Assembly (NCBI GenBank): GCA_000165345.1
Contig: CM000432.1
Coordinates: forward strand, 32,001-96,000
Direction: 5' to 3'
Length of the DNA stretch: 64,000 bases
Positions 1-11,400 of the stretch are shown piece after piece (positions within the stretch are counted from its first letter, which is position 1; each line of letters opens with the position of its first letter). A program made the translations under genes and the position numbers. The notes under the pieces were generated by a model that worked only from the letters and a program-made list of their open reading frames with translations, ran no database searches and was not told the DNA's origin.

Positions 1-928
1 TAGTAATTGCAATATTAACAAAGGACAATTAGGTAACCCAATAATAAGTAATGCTAGTTCATTAAATAACAATAGAACGAATACTATTACTTATTCTTCG
101 ATAGTTGGATCCAATTTAAACAAAAATAATTTAGTGAAAGGGGTTAGCCAAAATTCTAATGTCCAAAATAACGAAAATTCAGTAATTTGTACAAATAATT
201 CAGTTGTGAATAAACCTAATATTCAAGATATTAATGCTTTTAAGTTAACAAAAATTATTGGTAAATTAGATGAATTAAATTCAGATACAGCCGAAATGAA
301 AAACTCTGGAAACTTACCACCAATTATTACATCAAATCAATCTCCAACTTCTACTTCATCATCTTCATCTTCAGTCTCATCTCCTTCAGCAATATCAACA
401 TCTTGTCAAAATTCTTCAAACATGTTAAAGAAATACACAGCAAGATATGAGATCCAAATACCACCAGATAACCAATTTCAAATTGCAAGAAGAATTATTG
501 GAACAAGAGGAATTAATATGAAAAGAATTTTCAAGTTAACTCAATCAAAACTTAGATTAAGAGGTAAAGGTTCTGGCTATTTAGAAGGTTATAACAAACA
601 AGAGGCAGATGAACCATTGCATTTGTGTATTTCCTCTACAAATTCTGAACAATACATTAATGCAAGAAAGCTAGTAGAGCGATTATTATTAAAGATTTAC
701 CAGGAGTATGATGACTTCTTATTATCAAATAATGATGATCATAAAACTCTTAATTTACAATTAAAATTCAAAGAAACAATGAGAACTAAGCAATTGCCAA
801 CAAACCAACCCAATGGAAATAACAGTAATAATAATCATAATAATAATATTAATAACAATAATACGATTTTATCTGGAGTTGAATCTAATACAAACGACGA
901 TGATTTGTTGAATGAATTTAATTTTTGA
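1..928 (+). CDS. STAR/GSG-family KH-domain RNA-binding protein, 5'-partial; the frame is open back to the first base of the window, and the track's M at 134 is a GTG codon
   Basis: The frame from position 2 to 928 has no stop. A KH/GSG core (IIGTRGINMKRI...LRLRGKGSGY...EPLHLCIS) resembles Quaking/Sam68/SF1-type KH domains. The C-terminus is an N-rich low-complexity tail. The stop is TGA at 926-928. Confidence 0.6.
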   Translation, partial: SNCNINKGQLGNPIISNASSLNNNRTNTITYSSIVGSNLNKNNLVKGVSQNSNVQNNENSVICTNNSVVNKPNIQDINAFKLTKIIGKLDELNSDTAEMKNSGNLPPIITSNQSPTSTSSSSSSVSSPSAISTSCQNSSNMLKKYTARYEIQIPPDNQFQIARRIIGTRGINMKRIFKLTQSKLRLRGKGSGYLEGYNKQEADEPLHLCISSTNSEQYINARKLVERLLLKIYQEYDDFLLSNNDDHKTLNLQLKFKETMRTKQLPTNQPNGNNSNNNHNNNINNNNTILSGVESNTNDDDLLNEFNF

Positions 929-1246
929 TTCAATGTTATTAAGATCCAAAAGAAATATTAAATGATGAGTAGTGGAGAAGCAATAAATGAAAAAATTAAA
1001 GGTTGGTTTATTAAAATAAAAACAAAACAAGGGTTATAATTTATAAAAGTAAACATTACGAACCTCACTCCTTTTATATCAATTCAATTTACCTAAGCTT
1101 TTAGCTGCATTAAATCGACGTGTTTTGATCTACAAAACATCTATCAACAAACAAAAAGAACTTATCTTCTCAAAGCAAAATTGGATATAAAGATTGTTTT
1201 ATTACTTGGGAATTAATAAACTGGAATAATATAAAAATTAATTAAT

Positions 1247-4200
1247 TTAATTTTGGAATAAAAATTTAAGATCATCAGAATTAAGTTTATTTAGAGCATT
1301 ATTAGATGCTCCAACGGTACCGTCAAAAACAAGTTGTTTCTTTTCTTGTAGTTGAAACATTCTTTCTTCAATCGTATCCTTTGTAATAAACCTTAATGCA
1401 GTAACTTTTTTCTTCTGACCGATTCGATGAGCTCTTTGGAATGCTTGTAATTCAACTGCAGGATTCCACCAAGGATCAAGTAGAAAAACGTAATTAGCAA
1501 CCTGTAAGTTAAGACCTTCACCGCCAGCTTTGAGGCTGATTAAGATTATTTTAAGGTCCGGGAATTTATTAAATGAATACAATATGCTATTTCTTTGAAG
1601 AATTGACATTGAGCCAGCAAGCATTACGCATCCAATATTTGCCTTTTTTAAGCGATAGGAAACCAAGTCAAGCATATTTGTGAATTGAGAAAATACGATT
1701 CCCTTTGATTCAGGATCTTCTTGCATCATTTTATTAACTTCTTCTAATAGTGTATCAATTTTTGTAGAGCTTTCGAACCCTTGAGTTTTAATTTGTCGAG
1801 TAATAAATTTATTTCTAACACAAGAAAGAATGTCTTCATTTTCTTGCTTTGGTTCTTGTTTAAGATTTTCTTTGCTAACATCTATACCTAATTGTTTAGC
1901 CATTTCCATTCTTTCAAGCTCTCTTTCAATTTGCTCTTGCATTTGTTCAGACTCCATATTGTCATTTGTATCATTTTCTTCGTCATTCATTTCATCATAT
2001 CCGGATTTAATCTTTTTATTTTTCTTATTTAAATTCGAAACTTTATTAAAATCAATTGTAAGAGGTACATAGCAAACAGGGCATCCAAGAACTCCTCTCA
2101 TTGTTTGTTCACCTTCTGTATCAAAATCAGTAATTATTTCGTCTTCCTGGGGAGCTTGTTCAATGTATTCTTTGATACATTTAATATGGAATCCATGTTT
2201 GCATTTACTTGTAACTCTTTGATCAATTGTAACATTATCCATGCAAATATAACATAAGTCTTCATTACTGTCAGCTCTGCTTTTTGACGGTATAACTTTT
2301 TTTGAGTCAAAATTTGTTTTTTCTTCTTCTGCATCGTTTAAACATTCAACATCCTTTTCTTCATCATTATCTTCTTCTTTGTATTCTTTTTTATATTCTA
2401 GATCTTTTTTGTGGTTGAATTTTCCATAAACAATTAGATATGGATGATCTACAGCTTGTCTAAGACGACTAATCAAATCAAAGACGTGAGCATAATTGTG
2501 CAAAACTGTTCCTTGATTAACATAAGTATCAAACTGAACTTTAGATCTTTGATATAAAGAAGTATAGAAATCTTTTTCTGGGGCAGAAAGCTCATTATTT
2601 ATAACTTTAATTTCTAATGGTGGAAGCCTAACGTCTTCTTGTCGTTGAACTTTTGTTCTTCTTAGTAAAACTTTATCTAATACCTCCTTTTTAAGCCTTC
2701 TTAAGGCTTCAGAGCCTTCTCCAGAGAAACCATATCTTTTGATTGGATTAATAATTAATTTGTTAAAATATGAATAATGACATGATCTTGCATGACCACA
2801 AAACGAACAATATTTTAAATGTGTAACATAGTTTAATTGCCTACAATCGCAATCTACCTTATTGCAAAAGTTATAAGCATAGGGATGAAATCCAATAAAT
2901 CTAACAAGAGAGTAGAGTTCGCCAACCCTATTTTGAAGAGGGGTACCTGTAAGACACCATTTTGTTCCTCTAGACTTTAAAGCAAAAATTGCCTTTGCAG
3001 TAGAAGTTGTTCTTGCCTTAATTCTGTGCGCTTCATCCAAAATAATGCGATTCCAGCTTCTTCCAAAAATCGCTGAATATTCTCTTAACTTTTGGATAAT
3101 TTCATCCTCTTCATTATCATCTTCTTCATCATCAATTTCATCAATTTCTTCTACTACTTTATATTCATCGTCATCATCATCATCATTCTGCTTTTTTTTT
3201 TGGTTCTTAGCATTTTTTCTACGTTTTATATTCAAGTCTTGGGAGTCATCAGATTCGTCATATTCGGAATATTCATCAATTGATTCTTCTTCGGCATTAT
3301 AATCGTCCTCGAATTCATCTTCGTACTTCTTCTTTTTTCTACTATTCTTAGAATTATTACTCTTCGTATTTGCTTTTTTATTGCTATTATGAGTAGACTT
3401 TGAAGTTTTTTTAGTATTTTGATTCAAATGATTCCCTTCATTAGAATTATTGTCAGGGTTATCAAGTCCCAATATATTTGACAGTTTATCCACGAGTTCA
3501 GCCTTTCGAAGAGATTTACAGTTATCATATAATTCAACCAAGGAATCCAATATTTGTCCATCAATATTGAATCTAGTAGATAAATACTCCTTGCTATTTT
3601 CAATACTTGAAAGGAATTCCTTTATAGATTTTACTGTCTCTGATTTTAAAGGCAGTTTAATTCCTCCCCATTCCAATAAAGAAAGTAAATTTTCTTCAGG
3701 TTCATCCTTTACAATTTCAGTCTTTTGAATTTTTTCTTCAGTATCGTTTTCCTTTAACGAATTACTAGAGTCTTCCTTTTTAACTAATTGTTGACTTTTT
3801 CTTCTGGAAGTAAACCAAGGCAAGGCTGAAGACAATGATTCATCGTCAAGTAAGTCTGCTTTAGCAAGTATTTCTCTATAAACATTGCTAATTGTTGGTA
3901 AACTACGAGCAATATCTTCCAACTGTTTTGCCTTATCAACACCTTCCTCTAATCCAATCTTTAAAGTTCTCATAGCTTTTTTTAAACCTTCATTTTTTCT
4001 TTCAGTAAGTGCTTGTTTAGCTGTTCTCATGGAGTTTGGACCACAAAAGTATCTAAGGTGAATCTTCAAAGTCCTTTTTAAGAATGATCTATCACAGTAA
4101 GGACATTTAGATTTGAATGCTGATGCAATCTTTCTATATTCAGCTTCCAATGTAGGGTAGGTGGTAATTACTACGTCAGCATCATCAATGTCAACTCCAC

Positions 4201-5083
4201 CATAATCTTGTTTAGTACCTTTATTTCCTTGGTTCTTATTTCTTTTTGAACCATGGTAAATGTGTACTTTTAATGAACCAGGTTTTGTAAATCTTTCAAT
4301 TTCCTGTTTCCATTGTAGCACTGCTGCGACAGGAGCAATTACCAAATTTTTTCCAATAACTTCTCCTTTTTCTGCTTTATTTGTAACAGGTGGAATATCA
4401 TGTTCTAGAATTAATGATATTGTCTGAATGGTCTTTCCCATACCCATTTCATCAGCTAAAATACCTCCTCTTGCAGTTGATTTTTCCTGATTACAAAGCC
4501 ATGCTAAACCTTCTTTTTGAAATTGTAATAATTCATATGTAAGTTTTATGGGGGTAGGTTTTACTTCTACAATTGAACGGCTAATTAGGTCATCTGAGTT
4601 TTCAATGGTGAATTCATTAGGATTTGTTATGATTTCTTTTGTGCACAAATCAAGAAATTCGTCCCTTATTCCAATAGGTAAACAACTCCAACCATAGGTA
4701 ACTTCTGAAATTCTCCTCTCAATTTCATCTAAGTTAAATTCATGGCCTTGAATTGCTTTTTTAAGATACTTTTGCGAGCAAGGATTAATGTGGTTCCATC
4801 TATTTATTATCCCATACATTCCTCTTCTATCATATTCAGGCACACCTAGTCTATAAGTACCTTTTGTTATTGTTTTTCCACATACTGCACATCTAGATAT
4901 ATTACTCGGAGTCAAAACAGCAACAAATAATTTTTGTTCTATAATACTCTTCTGATCTTCATCCAATTCATCTATTTTTAAATTTGGTACCCATTCTTTA
5001 ACTTTTGGCTCCCAGTATGCATTATTTAAAAGTACAATAGGTTTTCTGCTACTAAGCATTTCTCCCAAGTCAGGATCTGCCAT
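1247..5083 (-). CDS. SNF2-family ATPase/helicase with a C3HC4 RING finger (RAD5/RAD16 class), an N-terminal PARP-type zinc finger, and an internal C2H2 finger
   Basis: ATG confirmed at 5083..5081. SNF2_N motif LADEMGMGKTIQTISLI. Helicase-C block GEGLNLQVANYVFLLDPWWNPAVELQAFQRAHRIGQKK. RING CYICMDN...CKHGFHIKC...GCPVC. Near the N-terminus, CAVCGKTITKGTYRLGV...WNHINPC fits the zf-PARP pattern (C-x2-C ... KG-x-R-G ... W-x-H-x2-C). C2H2 finger CPYCDRSFLKRTLKIHLRYF. An acidic K/D/E-rich low-complexity insert interrupts the ATPase region. Confidence 0.8.
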   Translation of the reverse strand: MADPDLGEMLSSRKPIVLLNNAYWEPKVKEWVPNLKIDELDEDQKSIIEQKLFVAVLTPSNISRCAVCGKTITKGTYRLGVPEYDRRGMYGIINRWNHINPCSQKYLKKAIQGHEFNLDEIERRISEVTYGWSCLPIGIRDEFLDLCTKEIITNPNEFTIENSDDLISRSIVEVKPTPIKLTYELLQFQKEGLAWLCNQEKSTARGGILADEMGMGKTIQTISLILEHDIPPVTNKAEKGEVIGKNLVIAPVAAVLQWKQEIERFTKPGSLKVHIYHGSKRNKNQGNKGTKQDYGGVDIDDADVVITTYPTLEAEYRKIASAFKSKCPYCDRSFLKRTLKIHLRYFCGPNSMRTAKQALTERKNEGLKKAMRTLKIGLEEGVDKAKQLEDIARSLPTISNVYREILAKADLLDDESLSSALPWFTSRRKSQQLVKKEDSSNSLKENDTEEKIQKTEIVKDEPEENLLSLLEWGGIKLPLKSETVKSIKEFLSSIENSKEYLSTRFNIDGQILDSLVELYDNCKSLRKAELVDKLSNILGLDNPDNNSNEGNHLNQNTKKTSKSTHNSNKKANTKSNNSKNSRKKKKYEDEFEDDYNAEEESIDEYSEYDESDDSQDLNIKRRKNAKNQKKKQNDDDDDDEYKVVEEIDEIDDEEDDNEEDEIIQKLREYSAIFGRSWNRIILDEAHRIKARTTSTAKAIFALKSRGTKWCLTGTPLQNRVGELYSLVRFIGFHPYAYNFCNKVDCDCRQLNYVTHLKYCSFCGHARSCHYSYFNKLIINPIKRYGFSGEGSEALRRLKKEVLDKVLLRRTKVQRQEDVRLPPLEIKVINNELSAPEKDFYTSLYQRSKVQFDTYVNQGTVLHNYAHVFDLISRLRQAVDHPYLIVYGKFNHKKDLEYKKEYKEEDNDEEKDVECLNDAEEEKTNFDSKKVIPSKSRADSNEDLCYICMDNVTIDQRVTSKCKHGFHIKCIKEYIEQAPQEDEIITDFDTEGEQTMRGVLGCPVCYVPLTIDFNKVSNLNKKNKKIKSGYDEMNDEENDTNDNMESEQMQEQIERELERMEMAKQLGIDVSKENLKQEPKQENEDILSCVRNKFITRQIKTQGFESSTKIDTLLEEVNKMMQEDPESKGIVFSQFTNMLDLVSYRLKKANIGCVMLAGSMSILQRNSILYSFNKFPDLKIILISLKAGGEGLNLQVANYVFLLDPWWNPAVELQAFQRAHRIGQKKKVTALRFITKDTIEERMFQLQEKKQLVFDGTVGASNNALNKLNSDDLKFLFQN

Positions 5084-5555
5084 TTTTTTTGTAAATTAGT
5101 AAATAATTGTCTTATTTCAATTTTCATTAATTTATCTATTTATCGATAATTATATCTGATTTTTCCCTCTTAATGCTTGCGACAATTACAAATATTTTTT
5201 TATACCGGTGTTTTAATATTAAACCGGTAATACACGTAATATATTTGAAACGTATTTTTATTATTTAAATTAAACAAAAATAAGATATATAATAAATATA
5301 CTTGTGTTTATTACATTTTGTATAATGTTTGTTTTAAGTATATTAATAGATTAAAAACTTACTATCTTAAGAATTTCCGAAATAGTTTTGTCACGCAATA
5401 ATATTAATTTGATTAGAATGATTAATAATACAAAAGAAAATGTTTAATATATTTTTAAAAAATAAAATAGTAATTTTAACTAATTTAATTCAATGGTTTA
5501 ATACAGAAATTTAGATATTATTTAGAATGTAATATAATATATATGCACGTATTTC

Positions 5556-6959
5556 TTAAAATATCATTCCTTGGTATGGAGTAAATGAGATAGAAGTGCT
5601 GCTTCCCAATTTAGAATCGCTTCCAGATAGTGTTTCAATCTTACTACTAGAACTAGAGCTTTTTAGGCTTCCAACTTGAAGACCTCTAATTCTTCTACCA
5701 CCTTCACCGGCGCTCAATAGTCCCAAACCAATGGTTTTCCCATCAACAGTGTATTCTTCCTCTTCCTCTCCGAATTTCATTCTATTCATCTCTTTTTTAA
5801 TTTTAGTTTGTTTGAATTTTTCTTTAATTTTTCGAATTCTTTTTCCACCTCTCCTAGATTTTGGAAAATCTTTTGGAATAGGAAGTGGCTTTTTCATAGG
5901 TTTTTGAGGAGGTTCCTGAGCTTTTTCTAAAATATTAAGTATATAGTTTCGATAGTTAACTCCATGATCTGGACTTTTATCTGTACTAGAGAAGTCAATT
6001 CTTGCACATAATCCACATTTTAAAGATACAAGTCTGATTGCCTTCTTCTTATATTTATCTTGAATGTTTCTTACAATATCGCTTTGAGAAATAATGCTTT
6101 GAAGTAATTCTAACCTTACTGGACCAGTAGAAAAGTGACCATTTTTTTTATTGTTTTTTAAGCTTCCAAGTACCATAATGTTTTGTGATGGCATTTCCGC
6201 TAAATTTTTAAGTCCTCCTGAGACACATAAAAGATTAGCAGCAATTTCGGGGCCAATTAATGCAGACAGATTTGGAGTAATAGCCTCTATTTGAAATTGT
6301 AGAAATTCTAGTATTTTTGATTTACTTTCGTTGATTTGATTAACAAAATCAATACATTTTAAAATTGATTCTTTCTTTTCTAAAGTTGGAATGTTTCTTT
6401 TGCTAGTACTTGAAGAAATGGTAATTGTCATAATTGTAGAGTTTGGTAAAATATCATTAAGCTTCACATCTTCAAAGTTTTCATGAGTAATTATCCTTTT
6501 CACAACTTCTAAATAGTCTATCTTGTTTATTATTATACTTGCAAGCTCACCAAAGTGATCCTTATATAAAGCTTTAACACATTCATATTTTTCTGAAACT
6601 TTTGAATCAATTATTCCTACTATATCTATAATTTCTTGAAATGTACCATAAATTTCATTACCAAAATCTTTTAATTGGTAATTTGAATTCATAACATTAG
6701 TTGATGAATCGATCATTTTTCCAAATAATCGGTCATTTAAATTACCGATTTTACTAATAATTTCATCATCACTATATTTCCCATCTTCGGAAATCTGGCC
6801 TTTATTGTTAATATTGCTAGATGCTGAATAATCAAGATCTTCCAAATCTTTCAACAGTAATTCCTGCAATGAAGACTGATATGATTGAAGATAGACGAGA
6901 AGAAAAATACATAAATTAATCAATAATGTGGGATTAAGAACATGAAATTAACTTACCAT
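5556..6959 (-). CDS. PRP31: U4/U6 snRNP protein Prp31 (Nop domain). Two exons on the minus strand: exon 1 is 6957..6959 (ATG only) and exon 2 is 5556..6875, with an 81-nt intron at 6876..6956
   Basis: The long ORF carries a Nop domain (LSALIGPEIAANLLCVSGGLKNLAEMPSQNIMVLG) and a basic Prp31-type C-terminus. The ORF's own N-terminus (MINLCIFLLVYLQSY) reads like translated non-coding sequence. On the minus strand, ATG is followed directly by GTAAGT at 6956..6951. A pyrimidine tract and AG at 6877..6876 open exon 2 in frame. The spliced N-terminus M-SSLQELLLKDLEDLD matches human PRPF31 MSLADELLADLEEA. Confidence 0.72.
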
Positions 6960-7053
6960 TATTAATTTATTTTTATTCAAAATCAGTTCATTTTTAGAAA
7001 AAGAAACGAAGAAAAAATATAAAAAACAAAAAATATAAATTAAATATCAAGTG

Positions 7054-7061
7054 TTGGCGCC
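7054..7061. promoter_or_regulatory. E2F-like GC box TTGGCGCC, ~100 bp upstream of the Prp31 ATG
   Basis: A GC hexamer isolated in ~85% AT intergenic DNA. It belongs to a family of at least 16 such boxes, all intergenic. Confidence 0.4.
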
Positions 7062-7094
7062 TAATTTTAAATTATTGTCATGAAAATCTTTTTA

Positions 7095-7976
7095 TTAATT
7101 AGTAAGCTTTCGCCTTTTGGAGCGGAGAATCATATGGGAATTCCATGCTCTAATTAGCTTTATAGATGCATTTGTATTCGTAGCTGTTGACTGAATAACT
7201 AAATCTTGATCTACATTTTCGTAATGAATTGTTGCATCATTCTGAAGACTATTAGAACTGCAGATTTCTTTCTCAGCTACCTGCTCTGTAATTAAATCAA
7301 TGAATGAGTTTTTTACATCCGTCTCTGGTTCTAGGCTGTTGTTATCATTGCTGATTTTCAAGGAAGTACTATTTTTCGAGTTAAGTGGGATATCACTTTT
7401 CTCAACAATTGAACTGTAAGATACAACCTCTCCCAAATCCTCAACTTCTTCATCAAAGTATTGCATCTGTAACGGTTCTGAAGTTTTATTTATGAAGTTC
7501 GAATTTATTTTATTATTTTTATGACTATTTATAGAAATGGAGCTGCTTTGATTAGAGTGGCTTGACTTAACTGGTATAGTAGGAATAATATGATCGATAG
7601 TAACCTTAATATTAATTATCACTGAAAATATTCTACTCAAAATGGAAAATAAAAGGAAAACCAAAGTCAAGAAAAAGCCGTGTGATAATAATCTAGAAAT
7701 AGATGTTCCAGCATCCTTAAGATCCCATTTAATTCTGCGAACTATTTTTCTGAGGTCTTTGAGATTTTTATAGTAATTTTCAGCATTTTCTGTGGATTTA
7801 TTATTATAAAATGTTTCTTGCAAAGCAATATAAAAAAGTTTGAGTTCTTTTGTAATCCTAAAGATACTCTTAAAATAACCTAGCCTACCATGTTGATTCT
7901 TAAATTTATATATAACTCTTTCAAGTAACTTTAGCTCTTGAGATAAGGCTTTACAGTAGTAGTTAATTTTTTCCAT
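7095..7976 (-). CDS. Hypothetical protein with one predicted transmembrane segment (LLSHGFFLTLVFLLFSILSRIFSVIINI)
   Basis: Clean 293-codon ORF with ATG at 7976..7974 and TAA stop. It lies in a divergent arrangement with the 8092 gene, sharing a 115-bp promoter that contains GGCGCC. No recognisable domain. Confidence 0.45.
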   Translation of the reverse strand: MEKINYYCKALSQELKLLERVIYKFKNQHGRLGYFKSIFRITKELKLFYIALQETFYNNKSTENAENYYKNLKDLRKIVRRIKWDLKDAGTSISRLLSHGFFLTLVFLLFSILSRIFSVIINIKVTIDHIIPTIPVKSSHSNQSSSISINSHKNNKINSNFINKTSEPLQMQYFDEEVEDLGEVVSYSSIVEKSDIPLNSKNSTSLKISNDNNSLEPETDVKNSFIDLITEQVAEKEICSSNSLQNDATIHYENVDQDLVIQSTATNTNASIKLIRAWNSHMILRSKRRKLTN

Positions 7977-8022
7977 TACATTTCTTAAAATGTCATAAGT
8001 GAATTTTTAAATTGAAATTAAA

Positions 8023-8032
8023 GTGGCGCCGG
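8023..8032. promoter_or_regulatory. GTGGCGCCGG box in the 115-bp divergent promoter between the 7976(-) and 8092(+) genes
   Basis: Same motif family. Confidence 0.4.
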
Positions 8033-8091
8033 ACTAAATCTAAATAAAAATTATTAAACAAGATTGAGATTAGAATTCAATTACACTAAAT

Positions 8092-8415
8092 ATGAGCACA
8101 AATCAAAATATTGATATTGAAAAGTGGCAAAAAGAGTTTTTTTCAGTTGAAAAGTCTTCACTTCCTCAAGAAGACACTAGAATAAATTCTTCTATAAAGG
8201 ATGAAAGAAGTTTAATAGAACAAAAAATATCTGAAGAGATACAAACTTTAGAGCTTATGAATCCTGATGCATTTAATAGAATTCCTATGATATATGAAAA
8301 GAAGGATCCAAGTTATATTGAAGAAAATTGGAGAGAATATAGAGGGCATCTTACACAAGATTATTTAAAAAAGTCAAAACAAGCAAATAGAAAGTTAAAA
8401 AAACAAAATTTGTAA
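8092..8415 (+). CDS. Small (107 aa) charged hypothetical protein
   Basis: ATG at 8092. K/E-rich with a non-repetitive composition. It sits in a defined slot between flanking genes. No domain recognised. Confidence 0.4.
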   Translation: MSTNQNIDIEKWQKEFFSVEKSSLPQEDTRINSSIKDERSLIEQKISEEIQTLELMNPDAFNRIPMIYEKKDPSYIEENWREYRGHLTQDYLKKSKQANRKLKKQNL

Positions 8416-8499
8416 TTAAAATCCTGATTTACTTATTTCAGAGAAATCTGATTACGCTACCACTTCATTTAAATCTATTATATACATTATTATCTATTG

Positions 8500-11400
8500 C
8501 TAGTAAATATGATCATTTAAAGTCAGAATTTTTAATTTTAAAATACACGACATTTTTCTCAAACCTTTATTGTTGTCATTATTTGATGAGTTTGTTAGTG
8601 ATTTTACAATATCATCTTTGATATTTGTTCTGAAAACTGTTGGAAACTTGAATATTTGAGAAATTATTAAATTGCATAAAAACCTAACTAGAGCGTTTGG
8701 ATGATTTTCCAATATATTTGAAACCAAAATAGAATATACACGAAGGTTTTCTAATACAAAATCTAGTGAGTGTTTATTTTGATTTCTCTTTTCATAAATC
8801 ATTAACTTGTTCTCTCTTGTATAATGTAATATTCTCATTAATACTGATAATAATTGCAAATTGTGAATTTGCAATTCATGCATTGACTTATTCCATTTTT
8901 CACTTTCTTTTGAAGGCTGTTTACAAATTAAAAGTTTTTTAATTTCTTTAATATATTCTGATAAATCTAAAGTAGATTCATCCTTACTAGTTTTTTCTGT
9001 TAAATATTTAACTAACTTAGGATTTTCCAACTTTACAAGTTGATACTTTTCAAAATTTGTACATTCAATCAGACTTATCATTAATATAAGATTAATTGAA
9101 CTTGAAGATAAACTATCAACAATATTTTTAATGTTCAAATTACTCATACTAGAAATAATTGGAACTAGCAATAGAGGATAATCATATGATTCTCTTTCAA
9201 CATATGGGCTTAAAGGATAAATTCCAGAAAATGATTCTAATAAAATATTATGAACTTTTAATACCTTTTCTTGAATATCTGGATGATTCAGATTAATTTT
9301 ATTATAACAATTATCAGATAAGGGTATAACTTCAGGCCAAAGCTCCTCTATTGGATCAGATGAATTGTTTTGACTTAAATATATAGGTTTCGTCTCTTGT
9401 TTATTATCTGCTTTTAGAGTAGAGTTTTTAGCATTTTCAAAATTGATAGAATTGGATGTTTTAAGTTCAGTCAATTCAAATAGGTATTTTCCAATGTTAT
9501 TATTACAGATTGTCATAATTGAAATAATTTTGCAGGAAATATTTTGGTTTGAATTAAATTGAAATTCGTTTTCAAATTTATTATAATCAACCTTTTCACT
9601 TTTATCAAACAAATATTTAGTCTTTCCAATTGTTATAGAGAAATCATTAGAATTTGGATTTTTAAGTAAGTTTAAGTCACTACCAGTAATATAAAGTGCC
9701 GAAAATAAATCAGAATATACATTTTCAATATTACTTTCACTATTAGTAGTAATTGAATCATAATAATCATGTGAAACTTTATCAAACAGCTTCTTTATTT
9801 CATTATAATTGTTCTCAAGGTGACCAATATCATTAAATAAATAATACCTCAAAGTTTTATTATAGATTATTTTATTTTTTTCTTTATAATCTAGCAAATT
9901 ATTATTTTCATCATTTTCAACTTTATTCTCTTTTGATTTTATTAGAATTAATAAATTAATTACTAGCTTTTCAACTTCCAAATTAATTAACCTGTAAATT
10001 TTCTCAGAATTATATGAATCAATATTATAGTTTTCAATTTTATTATTTATCCAGTGAATAAAAATTCTCCCAAACTTTTCCAAGAATAATTGATTTTTTA
10101 AATTACTAGAAAGTATTTGAATTAATAATTCATTAATATAGACAAAAATTAACCAGCAATTTACAGAATTATTTAATTTTGATTCAATTTCTTCAAAAAC
10201 TTCATCATTCAATGACATGATTTTGTCATTTTGATTGCTTAATTCAAAAATATGTTTGAACAATTTATATGTTAAAATTCCAAAACCTTTAGATATTTCG
10301 TAAAACAGATTTTTGTTTTCAAAAATTAGCTCATAATCTGTAATATTAGAAATTGAATCAATTATAGTTCCTACCCAATGATTAAATTTAATGGAGAAAT
10401 GATCAATAAAACAGATATTATTCCACTTTTTAGAACTCAAGATATTAATAATATTTGATATTTTTTTATTGACTAATTCCCATTTATCTAAAGACATTGT
10501 TGAAGAAATTGAATCCAAAATTGAAACATTTATATTATTTTTGATGAAAATATTTACCATATTTGAAGGAATTTCCTCCTCCTTTATAATTGTATAAATA
10601 AGATTTTCTATAATTGAATTCGAATTTTGAATAAAAGATTTTCCATCATTTTCGTTAATATTTATATTGTTTGTATCCAAATAGTTATTCCAATGTTCTC
10701 TTGACTCTAAACTATTTGTTAATAGCAAAAAGGCACTTATCCCAGTTATATAATTCTTTTCAATTTCAGTTCTGTGTATATAATTACTCCAATGGAAATC
10801 AAGAGCTTGAAAGAATTGGTTTATAAATTGCTTGTAATCATTCAATATATATTTGAGTATCAAGAACAGGCAAAATTGAGGTAATTCTAAGTCTTCTAAA
10901 TTTCCACTTTTACTATATTTTTCGTTTTTTTCTATACTCTCAATATAAGTAAACATTCTTGAATTAAAGGAGTCAATACAAGAATCTTGAACTTCTTCTG
11001 AGTCCAATTTTTCAGATTTTATTTCCTTTTCAATATTATCTTTAGCTTCTGATGCTTGAAAATATTGATTGTTTTCATTAGAATCTGTTAGATAAAGTGT
11101 AATTAGAAGCTTTGAATTAATATGAATTCTTTCTAGATGGTTATTATTTAAAATATCAATTAGAATAAAATTATTCTTAATATTTTCAATAACTGCTTTG
11201 TTATTTGTTAAAATAAAGATTTCCAGAATATTAAAGGCAAATAAATCTAGTTGTTGATTTGAGTTAAGCTTTAACAATAATTTTGGAATAATAAATTGAT
11301 TTACAGCTGTATTTAATATTTGTTGACCATTTCTAAATTTAAGCTCAATATTAATAAATATAAAGAAAATGCTTAACAATAATTTATATGTTGTTTCTGA

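Noticed and set aside
1770-1785. TTCGAA-containing segments checked as possible tRNA T-arms (also 34186 and 44268)
   Set aside because: None has an acceptor stem, anticodon loop or D-arm arrangement. All lie in coding or AT-rich spacer sequence. No tRNA or rRNA gene could be supported in the window.
1830-3728. Small plus-strand ORFs (1830..2072, 3045..3302, 3092..3283, 3450..3728) and minus ORF 2134..2334 inside the SNF2 gene
   Set aside because: They are embedded in or antisense to a strongly supported 1278-aa helicase CDS, and their peptides are low-complexity (poly-S/F/I).
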